Part shown: piece after piece, positions 61,914 through 64,000 of the stretch | Layout: each line of letters starts with the position of its first letter | How positions within the stretch are numbered: the stretch's first letter is position 1 | Assembly (NCBI GenBank): GCA_051362555.1 | Contig: CM120641.1 | Span: 43,034,401 to 43,098,400 of the forward strand | Source: Lingula anatina | Taxonomy: Eukaryota > Animalia > Brachiopoda | Length of the DNA: 64,000 nucleotides | Direction of reading: 5' to 3' | The notes under the pieces: model-generated | Seen by the model: only the letters and a program-made list of their open reading frames with translations | The model's database searches: none | Told to the model about the DNA's origin: nothing | Made by a program: the position numbers and the translations under genes

Positions 61914-64000
61914 ACCAGATGTAGGATACATTTTCTTGATGTTGAAGCAGGGGATATGTGTATTTGTGTAGATTAAGCATTTGTTTCTTGCCATTTAATA
62001 ATACTGAAGTAACTATGATCTCAGTCCTGCCTACTGTGCATTGAGTTTTAAAGTAGGGAGAACAGGTTGACATGCAATTGCCTTGAATAAGCATTATATG
62101 TTTAACATGATACAGGTGACTGTGCTGTTTATCTAAAATATGTAACTTGACACTCTGTTTTACTTAAATATTTTGGATTAGGTCACATTAAACCCAGTTT
62201 TCTATCATCTGCAAATTATGTACTTAAAAATGTCATTGCAAAAAAATTAATCATTTTAGATGATAGGTTACTGCTCTTTTGAAAATGCAAATCATGTTCT
62301 TAATAACAAATTGAAATTATTTATTACAAAAGGCTTGATTTTTAACTTTTTTAATGTGCCTTTGAATTGATTAATTATCTTGGATATTCCTTAAAGATTT
62401 AGACAGCATCTAATGCTTAGCATTTTAACTTGTTTTTTTAAATTTCCAAATGAGATACTTTATTGAAAGAAAATGCTGTGAATTTGCTCAAAGAATGGTG
62501 TTTTTAATATAGTGACAAAACTCTTATCAAGAGAATAAATGTAAATGTAACTCAATAGCTAAGGACGTTATGTACTTTAGTGAAAGTTGCGGAAAGGGAA
62601 ATGTAAAGCATTATGGTATAGCACAAATATGACATTTAAACATAATTTCACGTAACTATTTATCCAAATTATTGAACAATTTATTCACATATTGTACTCA
62701 TTTATTACGTATTATTTATGAACAGTAGCATATGTAAATAATGATACTCTTTGAAAAAATGCTTTAAAATATACTTCACTAGTTGTTAGCATATATAAAC
62801 AGAAAGTATACATTTGTAAATGTACAAAATACAAGAAATAAGGTCACATTTCTATGTTAAAAACATTATTATTTTTTTATATTTGCATGTGAAAGCTAAA
62901 AAGTGCTGGTTTTGTTACTAGTTTATAACTGAAATCTCTTCAAGTATAACTGCTTGGTTTGGTATGGTTGTGAATCAGGACAATGATTTTTAATGTTTAC
63001 ATTTTTCAACTTCTGACTTTCTGCTTTGAATTTTTGATTTAAAAAGTGTGCCGTCATTTTTGTTGATCTTGTAAAGGAACTCTATTACTACAACACTGCA
63101 CATTTTTATGTTTGCAGGTGAATATCCATTTTTTATTTCATGTTTGGTGATTTGACTTGGAAAATTCAGTTTTTATACCCATTCATTGAGACAGTGCCTA
63201 TGTGTCATCACTATTATATAATATGTGCATAGACAAAAGTGAACTGTAGATGACTGTGGGGAAAATTGTGAATAAAAAATACAGTATTAAAAAAATATCA
63301 CTATTTCTGTTGTATGTTGATTTAAAGGGTTTGGCACAAGTAGTTTCAGAGATAGTTAGAAACTTATCTCTGACATTTCCAGGAAGCTAATTCAGCATCC
63401 TACATATATGAAAATTCAGTCCTTTTATGATACGGCCATTTAAAGCAAATAATGGAATTTTAAAAATGAACCAGCAATAAAAATTTTCGTTCTTTATTTC
63501 TTGAAAATTTACCAATTAGGATATGATACTTGAAATGATGTGAGCTGTGTATTTCACTGGTGTGTAATTGGATCAAACAAATATTATTTTGACATAAAAA
63601 GCTAATCTCATTGCTGTATATATTGGACAATTTCAGAACCTGGTGATTAATTTGCGGTAAAATGATAAAACCTTGAAAAGTACTTCAACAGCTGTGTTAT
63701 GCACCCAAAGTTATAATAATAGTTTTTTCAAACAACAGCTAAAATCAGTTATTTTCACTTCTAGGGACAAAAACATCTGTGGCTTCATTTCATGAAGGTA
63801 CCTTGCTAGATGCTGAACAGTACATGAAAGGAAATTGTTGAGTCTAGCCATTGTTTGGAAAAAAAATCAGTTTTGTAACGTTAATAAAACTTTGATTTGG
63901 CCACATTTATAATCCATATGCAATTTTGATAAATGAATTTATTTAGAATAGTCCGGTATTAATCCTGTTTGTATGGAATTTAAAATAAAAATGAAATTTT

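Noticed and set aside
63322-64000. TTAAAGGG-starting segment resembling a Kolobok-type MITE end
   Set aside because: No matching opposite terminus within the window.
1-64000. tRNA, rRNA, snoRNA, CRISPR arrays, IRE or SECIS elements
   Set aside because: None recognisable by eye; CAGTG loops checked in the putative ACVR1 leader lack IRE stems. A covariance-model scan would be needed to exclude small RNAs.

Overview
AT-rich, intron-rich eukaryotic (invertebrate animal, plausibly mollusc/lophotrochozoan; taxon not determinable from sequence alone) genomic window. Gene order: three tandem MCFD2-like EF-hand genes on the minus strand (one pseudogene, two intact; 1.8-9.8 kb); a two-exon BTB/POZ gene (+, 11.3-12.9 kb); a 24-exon PTPN23/HD-PTP orthologue (-, 14.5-40.2 kb, about 2400 aa); a head-to-head, bacterial-type DegT/DnrJ/EryC1/StrS PLP aminotransferase gene with introns (+, 40.4-43.2 kb); and an ALK2/ACVR1/saxophone-type BMP receptor (+, coding 56.2-61.9 kb) whose best exon model lacks a signal peptide. 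One PTPN23 intron holds a stack of DNA transposons: a TTAA-flanked Kolobok-like element, containing an apparently intact 3-exon hAT transposon with a 5-bp target-site duplication, which in turn carries a TGT..ACA MITE in one of its introns. Several other MITEs occur, at least two also with 5-bp TSDs. All exon models were read by hand from GT-AG signals and frame continuity; no database searches were run.
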